From Welwitschia mirabilis (taxonomy: Eukaryota): DNA of 64,000 nt. The stretch is from contig JBOZIK010000001.1 of the NCBI GenBank assembly GCA_051453625.1, forward strand, positions 45,846,160-45,910,159, given 5' to 3'. Shown here piece after piece: positions 26,311 to 39,470 of the stretch (positions within the stretch are counted from its first letter, which is position 1; the number at the start of each line of letters is the position of its first letter). Under the pieces are notes generated by a model. The model did not search any database. It saw only the letters and a program-made list of their open reading frames with translations, and had not been told where the DNA came from. The translations under genes were made by a program, and so were the position numbers.

Positions 26311-26880
26311 ATGAAATCAATGAAACATTATTTAGTTCCTTTCATTTTAAAAAAAGCTTTCCTTTTCGCTTTCAATGTTCTTATTAATAATAGGAATAAT
26401 CTTATGAAAATATCATTTTGTGATTTGATTATGAATTTGAACATTATTAATATTATGAAATTACTAGGAGAGATTAATAAAGTTAATTTTATTAATATAA
26501 TTCATGGTCCTAAATCTTATCCTCATGAACAAAGTGTTTCTCTTCATTTATCTTTGAAATATGATTTAAATTTTAATTATCAAAATAACCCTACTACTAC
26601 GTTGGATTTATCCTTTAAAGAATTTTTGGAAAACCATAAAAAAGCCATAGGTTGGAAAACATATAATTTTGAACATCTAGATCCTAAAGTTTACATTTCT
26701 CATGTTTTATCTAAATTTTTGAACTCATGTGTGGATCTACTTATATTTTCTCTCCCATTCCATGATTTGACCCACATTCTCATAACATGTTTTAGTCTTT
26801 TCCCTTACATTCCATTGAAAAACATCCTTATAGTCAACCCTTAGATTAGTCGATTCAATTCAAAACAAATAGAATATTAC
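26311..26880 (+). pseudogene. Highly decayed L1 ORF2 endonuclease region (left flank of the tandem Athila insertion)
   Basis: ORF 26311 shows APE-like motif order (ISFCD~GDFN, KEFLE..IGWK~F..DLGF, SCVD~SRID). It appears to continue past the TSD at 48598. Confidence 0.35.
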
Positions 26881-27776
26881 TAATGATGACTAATTTTGAT
26901 GTAAATTTTACTTATTAATAAAATGTTTTTGTTTTTATAATTATACATTTTAGATAATATTAGATGTTTTTCTTTAAAAATTAAGTTAATATACTCACTA
27001 ATCAATAGGTTAGTTAGTTAGTATATTAGTAGGTTAGTACATATATATTTTATGTTATTGAGTTATAGGTACAAAATAATCTTTGGTATAAGGATGTAAG
27101 AGAAGGCTAAGGTGGTAGAAAAATAGTAGCAACCTAAACTATAAACCTATCCCTAAGGAGAAAAGAAAGGAAATAATAAAATAGAAAGAGGTATAAGGAA
27201 GAGCTCACCATTAAAAGGAGGATATTTTTTGTAGATATCTCTAGTAATAGGACTAATAAAAAGCCATCCTACAAAGGGTACAATAGCATCTCTAATGCTC
27301 CAAGTATTGCCTGCAAAGGAAAACACAAGCTTATTAGTACATCTTTGTGTAAAATTTTGATATTTTAATACAAATATGAAAAACTAAAATTTTATGTATC
27401 ATTTTTTGCATGTTTTATTACTTGAAAAAGTAATAATATCTCTGTTTCTCATGTTTATGTAGTTGAACATAAATCAAGATAATTAACAATTCTTAGAAAT
27501 AAGTATTATTCAACATTTTATTTATCATGTTTTTCTACTTTATTTATTTCTCCATAGTTAGATATAGGTAAATAGCAGACTTTATCATTAAATAAACAAA
27601 CCTAAATAGTTCAAGTAACTTCATCATGATATTATTGTGATGATGCATCTTAAACTAAATGGTTAAATCTCAACTAGGTTTTTAGTAAGTCTTTTGTTTA
27701 ATAGTTTATGATTATTTTAGATTAATAATATCATAGTTTCTACATTTTTCTAGCATAACTATATAAGCTTTTATCA
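26881..27776 (+). repeat. LTR 1 of family C tandem
   Basis: TAATGATGAC (decayed TGATGATGAC)...TTATCA, aligning end to end with 39471-40420. Confidence 0.9.
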
Positions 27777-27779
27777 CTT

Positions 27780-27795
27780 TAGTGCTAAAAGGAGG
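27780..27795 (+). other. PBS (tRNA-Asn type)
   Basis: TAGTGCTAAAAGGAGG versus TGGCGCTAGAAGGAGG (complement of the plant tRNA-Asn 3' end); only transition differences. Confidence 0.7.
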
Positions 27796-27859
27796 TCTAT
27801 CTTAAAGCCAACTAGAATAGATAAAGAAAATTATAATCCAATAAGATAGCCAAGGAAAA

Positions 27860-30800
27860 TGACAAGATGAAAAAGGTAGGTGTGTTAAAGACCCTAAAAA
27901 AATATGATCTGGATGAGTAGACTAGAAATAGAATTAAAATCAAAATAGAAGAAGAAGATTTTATGATGGATGAAATCACTCTTTAAAATATTGTGAAAGA
28001 ATAAATATTCCTATGAATTCATATATGAATTATAATAGTGATTGCTTATTATTCATAAACCATCCCTTGTTTAAGAAGAATCTTCATAAGTAACTCAGAA
28101 AAATAAACCTAAAAAGAAATTTGTAATAAGATGCTATTAAGAAGATGATGAATACTTGAAACCTTAAATCATGATACCCATTGGCTATAAGACTTAAGTA
28201 CCATTAATCCTACAATCCTAGAACACTCAAAAAAAGTGAGAAATATAAATATAATGTCAATACCTAGTTTTGGGTGCCAGAATTAGAATAACCCCTACTA
28301 CATTTGAGTTTTTTTGATACCCTCTATAAGTAAATTATCTTGATTTGTAATTTGATTATTTGAGGTATTTCACTTTTTCTTGGCTTAATTTCAACCCATG
28401 ATGATGGTTGACGATTTAAGAGAATAAATTTTAGATAATAAACAAAAATATAATGAAATATTTGATGAATTCATGGATAAATGTATCTCATTTTTAGCTA
28501 AATGTTCTAACCATGGAATTATAGCTAGAGAATGAGTCAGAGATTTACTTAGAGAATTACAAAGTTAAGATTTAAAGGAACAAGGCTTATTATGTAGAAG
28601 CATCAAAACAAAGGATGTTTAAAAAGTAACAAAATTTATTAATTAGTTTTATAACATGAGTTAAGAATGAGATAAGAAAATAAAAATAAGAAAAGTGTAA
28701 ATGAAGAATTTACCCCTAATGAAGATGGTAGTGTATACAATTCAAAACATATTAGTCTTATGGAGGACATAGTTAAAAAAGTGACTAATAGTATGGTAGA
28801 AAAATTTGTTCAGTTAGCTATACAACACTTTAAAGAGAAAAAAGAACTTACATGTAAAGATTGTGAAGAAGATAATCATGAAGGAATAGAATATCCTTGG
28901 ATATGAGAATTTTTTCATTAGTTGGATATTAATAGATTAGTTTTAAATATAGGAAATCAACTTCAAACTAGGAAAAAACCATATCCTTACCAAAGTAGAA
29001 AATAAGAAGGTAAGTTTGAAAGGATTTTACAAAAATGTGTAAATTCAAAAAGACAAAAAAAATATGATTCTAATAGAAATTAGAGAAACAGAGATTCAAA
29101 AAACATGAAATAAAACTCAAAAGTAGACAAGAAAGAAGGGAAAATTCCTACTCAAGCCTAATCAAATCCAAGAAAAGTAATAAGTAAAGATATAACTACT
29201 AGATGTAAAAAATAGATGATGACACATGAATCATAGGAAAATAATCCAAATTTTAATAGTTCTGTAGATGATGAAGAAAAAGATATAGAAAAGAAAGTAG
29301 TAGATGATGCATCAACATATCCTCTATATTTTCCAATAAGAAGCAAACAAATAGAACATCTAAAAATTCAAAAATACATAGAACATTTAATAAAAGTTTT
29401 AGAAGACATAAAAATATCATTATCTATTTTGAAATTACTAAAATACATGCCTATGTCCTAGAAGTAAATGAAGAGCATGTGTTTAAAAAAAAATAATAAA
29501 AATGAAAGCAAGAAATAAAAATAAAAATTAAGATGGTTAGGAAAGATTAAGTTTCTTGAGCTTCCAACAAGTTCTTTAAAATAAATCACATGAAAAGTAT
29601 AGTAATCATAGAACACCTATAATAGATTAAAAATTGATGGCAAACTCAAAGTGAAAGAACTTGTGGATTTAGGAGTAAGCATTAATGTTATATCCTATGA
29701 AACTTATGAGGAACTAAGAAATCCAAAATCGATACCTTACCAAGGAAAAGTATACCTGGTATATGGATCAATAGTAATACTAGAAGGAGTTCTAAAGGAC
29801 ATACCCATCGAACTCTATAGCTTTATCTACTTGACAGATTTCTTAGTGATGAAAACTCAAGCAAATACCCATGCAATAATTTTAGGAAGACCTTCAATGT
29901 CTATGATAGATGGTACTATTTATTCCAAGAGAGGAGTAATAAAAATTAGTCTAGAAGATCTTGAGAAAGGGATTAAGTTATCTAATGTAGCAGTTGTAAA
30001 AGAGATGGTACAGAATATAAAAGCTAGAACTAATGCAATTATGATACAAGAGGTTAGTCTAATGTTAAATAAGAAAAATGAACAAAAGTATGAAGAGGAA
30101 AATTTAACATCTCAAGAAATGGAAAAGCCTCCACTTAAGAAAGGATTAAAATATATTGAAGTATCTCAAAATAGACCTCTGATTATAAATAGCTATTTAA
30201 CTCATTCATAGAAAAGAAAACTTAGAAAATTATTAATCAAAAGAAAGGAGATTTTACTTGGAATCATACTAATATAAAATAAATATATCTAAAACTATGT
30301 CAACATAGAATTTCTTTAGATACTTCTATCAAATCAAATAGGTAATCAAAAAGAAGATGCAACCCATACATGCAAGAAATAATTAAGCAAGAAATTTTTG
30401 AACTCTTGGATGTTAGATTCATCTATCCTAAATCTGATTCAAAATGGATTAGTCTTATTATAGTGGTATCAATAAAAGAAAATAAATGGTTAGTATGTAT
30501 AGATTTTTAAATGTTAAATACTGCAACTTATAAAGATCACTTTCCTATTTCATTTATAAATCAAGTTTTGAAAAGAGCATTTGGACATCAGTACTATAGT
30601 ATTTTGGATGAATATAGTGGATATAATCAGGTCCTAATATATTTCTAGGATCAAGGCAATACTGCTTTTACATGTCATTGGGGTACTTATGCTTGTAAAG
30701 TATTACCATTTGGATTATGTAATGCCCTTGTACTTTTTAAAGGTTATTAAATAGAATTTTTTAGAATATGATAGAAAGACCTATTGAAGTATTAATGGAT

Positions 30801-32950
30801 GATTTTTCAACTTTTGAAAATGATTTTGATAAGTTACTAAATAGATTAAAAAGTGTGTTAGAGAGATGTAAGGAAAAATGTCTAAAACTTAGCTGGTTAA
30901 AAAGTCATCTTATAATGAAAGAAGGCATAGTGCTAGTATCACAAAAAGAAATTGAGACTAATGAATAAAAATTTAAATTCATAAATACATTTTACAAATG
31001 ACCAAATTAAAAGAATTAAGATCTTTCTTAGGGCACATTGGATATTAAAAAAGATTTATATCTAACTTTAGTAAAACTACTAAGGCTTTGAGTAATTTTT
31101 TATAGAAGGATGTGGAATATAATCAGACTGAGAAGTGTTAAAGTAGTTATTAAACTTTAAGAAATGAACTTTTATCAACACCTATTTTATAAGGGTCAAA
31201 TTAGATAAGACCATTTTACATTATAATCAATGCATCTAGTCATTTTATGAAAGTAATTTTAGGGCAAAAAGATAAAGACAACAAAACATTTCCTATTCCT
31301 TACATTAGTAAGAGCTTCAAAACAACTTAGTAAAATTACATAGTAATAGAGAAAGAGTTCTTAGTAGTAGTGGTGGAATTAGAAAAATTTAGGTATTATA
31401 TTTTATCTTACAAAGTAAAATTTCATTCGTACCATAGTGCTATTAGATTTTTACTAAATAAAAAAGAGGTAAATTTGAGAATTATGGGATGGATACTATT
31501 GATGGAAGAATTTGACTTAAAGATTATTGATAAAAGAGGAACAAAAAATGTGATAGCAAGTCACCTCTCAAGACTAGAATTTTTTGATAAAGAGTAGATA
31601 AACATAAGAGATGCATTTCTAGATGAACATAATTTTCAAGTAAAGACCAATCCATGATATGCTAATATATCCAATTTTATTGTGATAAAAAAATACTACT
31701 TTCTATGAATTATTATGAAAAAAAAAGATTATTAAGAGAATTTCGAGGCTATATATGACATGATAAGATTTCATTTAGAAGACGTAAAGATCATGTTATT
31801 TGAAGATGTGTAGAAGAGAATTTACAAAATGAGATTCTAAAGGAATCTCATGAGGGAAAAGGAGGAGGACATTACAGTATAAGAAGAATAGGGATAAAAT
31901 CCTTCATGTGGAATACTACTAGTCCATAATATTTAAAGATTTAAATGTTTATGTCCAGAGTTGTGATAAGAGTTAAAGAGAAGAAGCATTTAACCAAAAA
32001 ATAGAAATGCCACAGTGATGAATTTAGTTAATTAAATATTTTGATGTTTATAGAAGAGATTTTATTAAACTTATTAATCCTTCCTCTTATGAAAAAAGAT
32101 ATATTTTGGTCTATGTTGATTACTTCACTAAGTGGATCGAGGATGAGGTTGTGTCTTATTATTCTTTCCAAACCATAATTAATGATTTTCTTAGGGATAT
32201 TATCTATTGGTTTAGAGCCCCTAAAAGCCTTATATCTAATAGGGGAACCCATTTTACTAGTGAAATATTTAAGAAAGCCTTGACCAAATAAGGAATCTAC
32301 CACATACTCTTTATTGTCTATCATCCTTAATCTAATGACTAAGCTAAAGTGACTAATAGAGAAATTAATAAAATATTAATAAAAATCATAAATATTAAGA
32401 AAACAAATTAGGCTGACAATTTAAATAAATCTTTGTGGGCTTATAGAAAAACTTGAAAACATAGCACAAGGTTTACATTACATGAGTTAATCTATGCAAA
32501 AAAAAGCTATCTTGCTAATTGAATTTAGAATAAAAACATTGAAATTGGCTAAAGAATTAAAATGTAATTTGGATCTAGCTCAAAAGGAATGGATAGAAAA
32601 CATGAATATTTTAGATGAAAACAGAAAACAAGCTCTTTCACTTAAAGAACTCATACAATAAAGAACTAAAATATATTATGATCATAAAATTAGAAAAATA
32701 AATTTTAATATAGGAAATTCTATATTAATCTATAATCCTAAAAAGATCCATTTCAAACAAAAAATATGAACCAATTTGGCAAAAACCCTATACCATAACA
32801 AAAATTTTGGGAAATGGAGTCATAGAGCTATATTATCTTGATAAAAAAGTAACCTACCAAGTTAATAGATAGAGATTAAGAATGTATCATGATTATAAAA
32901 CTATGATACATTATTTAGGGAACTCTTATAGGGTGGAAATAATAATTCCA
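27860..32950 (+). pseudogene. gag-pol pseudogene (GAG-PR-RT-RNaseH-INT, Ty3/gypsy order), copy 1
   Basis: PR ELVDLGVSINVI (~29657); RT KDHFP, VLPFGLCNA, VLMDDF (~30790); RNase H WILLMEEFDLKIIDKRGTKNVIASHLSR; INT HEGKGGGH, VDYFTKWIE, SLISNRGTHF. Many stops and frameshifts. Confidence 0.95.
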
Positions 32951-33208
32951 CTATACTTATGAAATAGAAGTTTTTAATATAGATAATAAAATATGTATTA
33001 TTACCTTAAAGCTTATTTAAACTATCCATTTACTAAGTTGTTCAAGATAAATTTAATGATTGTGAAATAGCATATAACTTAATAAGTCTTTTATAGGGGA
33101 TTGAGTATTATTCATATTAATAAGATTAAGAAGACACATCCCATCACATGGTAGAATACTTTTTTGATGAATGTATAAAAAAATAAAAAATAAAAATAAA
33201 AAACAAAC

Positions 33209-33385
33209 AATGCTCTACTGCAAGTGTGCTAGGGTAAATATTCCTGAGAGGAGCCTTTGATAGTGCAATATATTAGCTATGAGAACTTGACTAAGGGGTA
33301 AATTGAACATGATCTAAATAAAAAGAAAAATAGCTTATGAGTCTTTACTCCTCTAACAGTGGTTGCACTCTCCTCATTGTGGTTA
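33209..33385 (+). ncRNA. Putative structured cis-RNA motif in the retroelement 3' region (also at 108-262 and 45887-46082)
   Basis: Conserved across families A and C, with paired segments AGAGGAG/CTCCTCT, CTACTG/CAGTGG and AGTGCAA/TTGCACT. Confidence 0.45.
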
Positions 33386-33980
33386 GAAAATCAAGCTGTA
33401 AAAAATAAAAAGTTAAGAACAATTATATCCTAGGAGTTATCTGAGACATAACAAGTTACCAATGGTACAATAATATATTAAAACTTAAAAAAAAGAGAGA
33501 AAAATAGTTGTATATGTGATGAAATGTGAATCCAAATATTTTCAATTTAATAGCATGCATAATTATTAAATTCTATTTTAGCAAAGAGAAAGCTTCAAGT
33601 TTTAAAATCATTTCACATTATCTTGATAGGTTCATAAGAAAATAAAAGTAGTAATAAGATAAATTTATTTGCAATAAAATAGTTAAAAACTTTATTAAGC
33701 CAAAAGTTTATTATATCATGTTGCAAAAATAAGATAAAAATATAGTTTACTCTACTAAGAGCTAAAATGATAAACCATTTAACTAAAGCAAATCAATTTT
33801 CAAAGTGGCTAGAAAACTTATTTTTCCTTTTAGAATGCCTATTCTTAGGTGATAATCCCATAGAACTCTTACCTAGGGGTACTAGATGCATCTCACTTAA
33901 AAATACTGATAGCATGTTGATCTCTTTTGGGTGGACTTACTAAAATTTTAGGTAATTATTAGCATTTTATATTATTTTCT

Positions 33981-34462
33981 CTATGTTTTTTCAATCAAAA
34001 CTTAATGTAGCAAGACTAAGTACATGGTTTATACCTTATGATAATTAACCCTTTTTTCTAACACTTGCATTTATCCATCTAACTGGCCTAAGGAAACATC
34101 ATAAGTTGAATTACCTTGATTGAGTTGTTAAGAAATCTTTTTAATTCTTACCCTCAGGTACTTCCCACTAAGTGATGAATCATAAGATCAAAACTTGTAG
34201 GGATAACATTATTTTTAAAATGGGCTTTGCTAGACTTTGTAATAAACATATCCAAGGTATCTAAAACCTCAATAGTTGACTTTTAATCATAATACAAGAA
34301 CTTTTAAACCTCATTCTATGACTTAACTGAAATATAAGGTAATTGGAGGTTTACACTCCTAATACACATGTCCATCTAAGTGGAAATAAACTTAAAAAAG
34401 AAAGGTTTTACCTTTCTAACACATGTGACAATAATGGAAGAATGAGAAGGAGTGAAATCCAT
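33981..34462 (-). pseudogene. Antisense accessory ORF (~160 aa), copy 1, function unknown
   Basis: MDFTPSHS...MDMCIRSV...EVLD...MIHHL...QLNQGNSTYDV...KT*, colinear with 46723-47205. Confidence 0.6.
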
Positions 34463-34516
34463 AACAATTAACTAAGAAAGATGGTAAAGATTGAAAAATG
34501 ATTAAATGAAAGAAAT

Positions 34517-34900
34517 CTAAGGATGAGATGGAGAATGATGAATGATTAAGAAATTTATATCACAAGTCTTTTTTAGTATGATAAGTGTAATCCATTTTAA
34601 GTTACCCAGTGCACATGTGTTTAGTAATGAAGTAAAAGAAGTTTAAGAAACTACATACCTCTTTTATCCAACAACGAGGTATGCCAAGTGGTAGAAATGA
34701 AGCAAGATAGTAATGAGGGAATTCCAAACTAACTAAGGTTTAATCTAAAGTCAGAACTTCATATTAATTTATAATCAATTTAATTTTTTTTTTGAGCTAT
34801 AAGCCTTTGTAAGAAGCCATCAAATTTTATCATCATTTTCAGTTGCAATTGGTTAGTAAAATTTTGTAATTCACTTCTTAAAGAAATATATTTAGATAAT
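34517..34900 (-). pseudogene. Second candidate antisense ORF, copy 1
   Basis: NDDKI*W...FRLNL...YVVS..FTSLLNTCALGNLKWITL...IIHHSPSHP*, matching 47261-47660. Contains frameshifts. Confidence 0.35.
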
Positions 34901-35029
34901 ACTATGCAAACAATAATTAATAGTATAGAGGAAAAAAAATATATTTTAAGAAAGAATAAGAAATGAAAGTTACTTATGTCATTCCTGTGATTAAACATTA
35001 TCATGAGATAGGCCTTCGAAATATGTTTA

Positions 35030-35450
35030 TCCAATTAAAAAACATCAACTCAAACTTAAAACCTAGATTCAGATTTTAAGCCAACTTGATAAACATAGAG
35101 ATCTATTTTTTTCACCTCTATATCTACATAAAGCAACATCACTTGATCGAACGACACTAGCTTAAAGCTAAAACTTTGAGTTAGATTGTAGACTAAGCCA
35201 TTGTGATGTATGTTCAAAACATTAGCTGTAGTTCAAAGATAAAAGTTTGAGTTAGATGTTATGCTAACTTAATTATCTTCTTATATTCTATAAACTTGTG
35301 ATAAAACCAAATCATTTAGTTAACTGATACTAACTTGAAGTCAAAAGTTTAAGTCAAATTTTAAGCTAATCTATTAAGATATAAGTTCAAGAAGTTTACT
35401 GACACCAGTCTAAAGCTAATGCTTTGAGATAGATTTTAAGTCAACTTCAT
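35030..35450. repeat. Five-copy palindromic repeat array, copy 1
   Basis: Units like GACACTAGCTTAAAGCTAAAACTTTGAGTTAGATTTT with alternating long and short spacers. Confidence 0.75.
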
Positions 35451-36299
35451 CCTCTTAAACTTATTTATGAAGTTTGGAATCTTCTTCTTGATGACCTCCA
35501 TCAACTTACAACTATAAATCCTTTACATGACCTTACTTTTCTATTAATACTTGCTTAATTATAATCAAGTGTCAAGAATTCAAAGGACCCTATCAATAAA
35601 TCTTGAGTTTTCAATGACCATCTTTGAACCCCTTTTGTCAGCTCCATAATGAATTTGATGACTCTTGTTAAGAACTCGAGAGTTCTTAATGACCCTTGTC
35701 AAACCCTACTATTACAGAGAGTGATCATCATTTAAATATGATATTTTATTTCTCAAGCATTTTACTTAAAATTTTTCTCAATAACCCCTCCTCATTCTTG
35801 ATGACCCCGATCACAAAGTAATAAATATCTTTCTTCCATGTTATCAAACCCATGTTAGACCCTATAATGTCTATTTCATATTAGTAAATTTTTGCATCAT
35901 TCTTCTTACCACCATTTCATTCCATTTTCTAGCATCAGCCACATATGCAACAATTTCATTTCTAACTATTTTGTTTTTAGTAAAAATTATCATTGACTCC
36001 TTAAATTATGGATTTAATATAATACTAAGAATGATTTTTTATCTATTTTAAGCAAGAGACAAGTGAGTAATTCTACATTTACCTTTTCATTTTTACTTTG
36101 TCATACTTTCATGCTTTTTTGTGCTCTTTTGTATTTAAGTTCTTGAATTATGATAGAACTTCTTATGCAAAAATCTTAGGTACAACTAATATCTTATTTT
36201 TAGCATTAAAAATAATGTCAAACATGAGCAGAGAATAAATTTGAATAGAGTAGAGTAGAATACAATTTTTCCAAAAATTTTTGTAGTAGTAAAAGTGTA

Positions 36300-39200
36300 T
36301 TTTCAAATTTATGAAAATGACTCTGTGGAAATTTCTTTTATATTCTTTTTATAAAAAAATTACTTAGTAAGTTATTTTTCAAATGTTATTAGCTAAGAAG
36401 CATTTATTCAAAATACTTTTTCAATAACCTAACTTTAATAATTAAAAAAAATTAATAGAATACAAGATTATCTCTTCATTAAATTTTACACAGTGCTTTC
36501 AGATCCCTACTTAATAGAGTCTAAAAACAAAATCATTAAGATGGGCTACTACGAATTGCTTACAATGAATGACAGATTCACCTTGGATTTTGTTTATGAG
36601 TTTTATAAGAATTTGAGAATAAATGATGAAAAAGATATGCTAGAAACAATAGTTAAAAATAAAAAAATAGTAATTACTCAAGAAAATATCAGAGAAATGT
36701 TGCACTTGCCACTCAAAAGAGAACTTATTTATACACTAGCAGAAAAGAAGATACAAATTTAAGCATGAGTTATTTACGAAGGGTGGCAGTGTAAGAAAGA
36801 ATCTTAGTAGAAAAAGATATAAAAGGATAATTTTTCATTATTTTAAGAATTATGGCTAGTAATTTAATTCCTATCCTTCATAAACAAAAAGGTATTACAT
36901 TACTTAACCTATACATAATAGCAATAGTGAAGGATGAAATTAATCAAACAAATGTAAATATTATAGTAGGGATGTTTTTAAGTTTAACAAGACATATTAC
37001 AAAATTAAATAAAGTTGGAATTAGAGCTTCTAATATAGTAGGATTAGGATTTCCTTCTTTAATTACTCCAATATTAAGTAAAAATAAAGTTCCATTTCAA
37101 ATAAGTAAGTTTTGTGTTGATTTAACTCTTTAGATTTGGTCAAAGTTAAGGATTTAAGTCTCCTAGGAACCATAGGACATAATATCACTCAGCCAGACTT
37201 GGGAGAATCCTCTTTTTCTTCCCAGAGTCTACCTTCATTACTACCCTACTTAATCATGTCTCAAAACCCAACTTAATTCTCAATTAAAGAGATCCTACCC
37301 TTCCATCTGCTTTAGTTAGATTAGTTCTCTAAAGCACTAGAAGAAGATAAGATTAAGAATCTTTACAATACTTTAAATTTAGTTAGAGATGAAATTCAAA
37401 CTTTCTCCATAGAAAAGAGGAGATTTTAGCATTACAAATCTAAGTTTGTGATTTAAGAATTGACAATGAATTATTAAAGTAAAATTAGATAAAGAAAGAG
37501 AAAAATAATGAAAAGTTATGATAAGAAATCACCAAAATTAAATAAATTATTCAGATATATAAAGCTTTTAAGAATATCTGTAGGAAATTATAAAGAGATT
37601 ATGAACATAGTACTAAACTAAAGACTACTACCAAAGACAAGGTAAAAGTAGAAAACTGCCAAACATGTTAGTATCCTTATTACAGAATTTGGATTCAAGC
37701 AAGAAATATGATGTTAAATACATTGAGCATTAATAAAAATTCATTACATTCATGAATAATGAAGATCCTCTACCCTTGATCAAGGAATATTCAGATAAAA
37801 TCTATGTAAACTTATAAGGAATGAATGAAAAACTCATTAAGATTCATGCAAAGGATTAAGAATATAGATATAAATGAATTGAAGCTTAGAATTATTTGGG
37901 GTGCTATCAATCCCTTTTGGGAGGAAATAAGAGAGCCATGGACTAGTTGATGAAAGAAAATAAGTCTTTCAAGAATTAAATGGGAGAAGCAAGTTCTTTT
38001 GATTAACCTCTTCAAGATCCTAGAATAAAACATCTACAAAAACTGAAAGAGCAGTGAATTTAATTTAAGACATTCCTTTGAATTCTTCAACTCTAACTAG
38101 TAAGATTGAAAATAAAATAAAGTTAAGTATTATAAATGCTTTGAAGGAATATCTTGCAGAGTTGAAGAAGGATATGAAAATAATATGCCTAAATATATCC
38201 AACTTATTATTCAAAATTTAGAAAAAAATAATATGAGATTACTACATAAGCTTTGCATGATGAAATTAGACAAGATAATCAAGTTTAGGCATCAAGAATT
38301 GATCATTTCATGTAGCCTTGATTATTATCCCTAAAAATTTTATTATTTCATTGATAGATTTAAATAACATTTAGAAAGTATTATTCAGAAAACTTCTAGG
38401 GAATTAACAAAGTTAAGCAAAAGTTTTAACAATTATAAAAGAGATGTCAAATCATTGATCCATCTACATTCTCTCATCTTATGTAGAAACATTATCCAAC
38501 TACAGATTGAGTTGGGGGCTCCATGTAGATGTAAAGTGAGAGATAGTGGTCACTAGACACCAGATGTTGGGATTGTTGATCACCAGCAGTGCCAGTATCC
38601 TCACCATTTCGTTTACTAGATCCATCAAACAGCGTCATGTATATATAGATATAGAGCCAAAAAGCAATTGTATAAGGTTTGTCAACACTATAGAAGAGCC
38701 TAGTTAGTGCAGAATTACCCAATCACAACTAATCAGTGGTTGTTCAATGTGATTACATGATCAGGATTTCACCAATATCAAGCATAAATTAAAATTGTAT
38801 AAAAATGAGCTAAAGTATCTATTTGGGAATTCAAAATCTTCTTGAATAACATAGTAATAAAATTTTGTTAGATATTTGAAGAATATGAGTTGGATATGAA
38901 AGTTCTTATAGTGTCCTCTCGAGATTTTTAATAGTTGTGTTCTTTTTGAGATAAAATTATGTAGAACATGACTATGCTGAGAGATACTTTTATGTACATT
39001 TTCTTGAAATTAGAAAAGAAAGATTCTTCAGAGATGTACATAGTTTCCATAGGACAAACTTCAAGAATGGAACTACAAGCTAAGGCAGCTCTAGAGCCAA
39101 AACGTGCATCTCAAAGTCCTACTAGATCAAACATTCCTTCAACTCCTAAAAGAAGAAGAGAAGAGCCACAACAACCAAGGGCTCTTTCATGAGCCAAAAG

Positions 39201-39393
39201 TAAGGGAAGAAAGGCAGATACTCTAGAGTAGACAGACATACAGATCATAGACTTAAGTGATCTTACTTTGTAGGAGGATTAAAGAAAAATTTTGGTTTCC
39301 TTAGAATAAAAAAAACAATGGCCAAGGCATAGGTAGAATTACAGTCTAGTGAGAAGTACCCTTTTGTTTTTAAAAGGGGAATGAAAAAAATGA
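36300..39393 (+). pseudogene. Large additional sense ORF (Athila ORF2/env-like position) with N-terminal plant-transposon-protein-like domain
   Basis: ORF 36493 TLDFVYEFYKNL...KIVITQENIREMLHLP resembles the LVREFYANL domain of Athila ORF2. The charged helical frame continues with TAA/TAG stops to ...IDLSDL...YPFVFKR. Homologue at 51600-54223. Confidence 0.65.
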
Positions 39394-39439
39394 TGAGCCT
39401 CTTTTTCTCTCTCTACTTTGGTATATATTTGTTTATTAA

Positions 39440-39470
39440 GGGACTAAAAAAACCTCAAACTTAGAGGAAC
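39440..39470 (+). other. PPT region preceding LTR 2
   Basis: GGGACTAAAAAAACCTCAAACTTAGAGGAAC immediately precedes TGATGATGAC; the same motif is at ~54238-54267. Confidence 0.6.
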
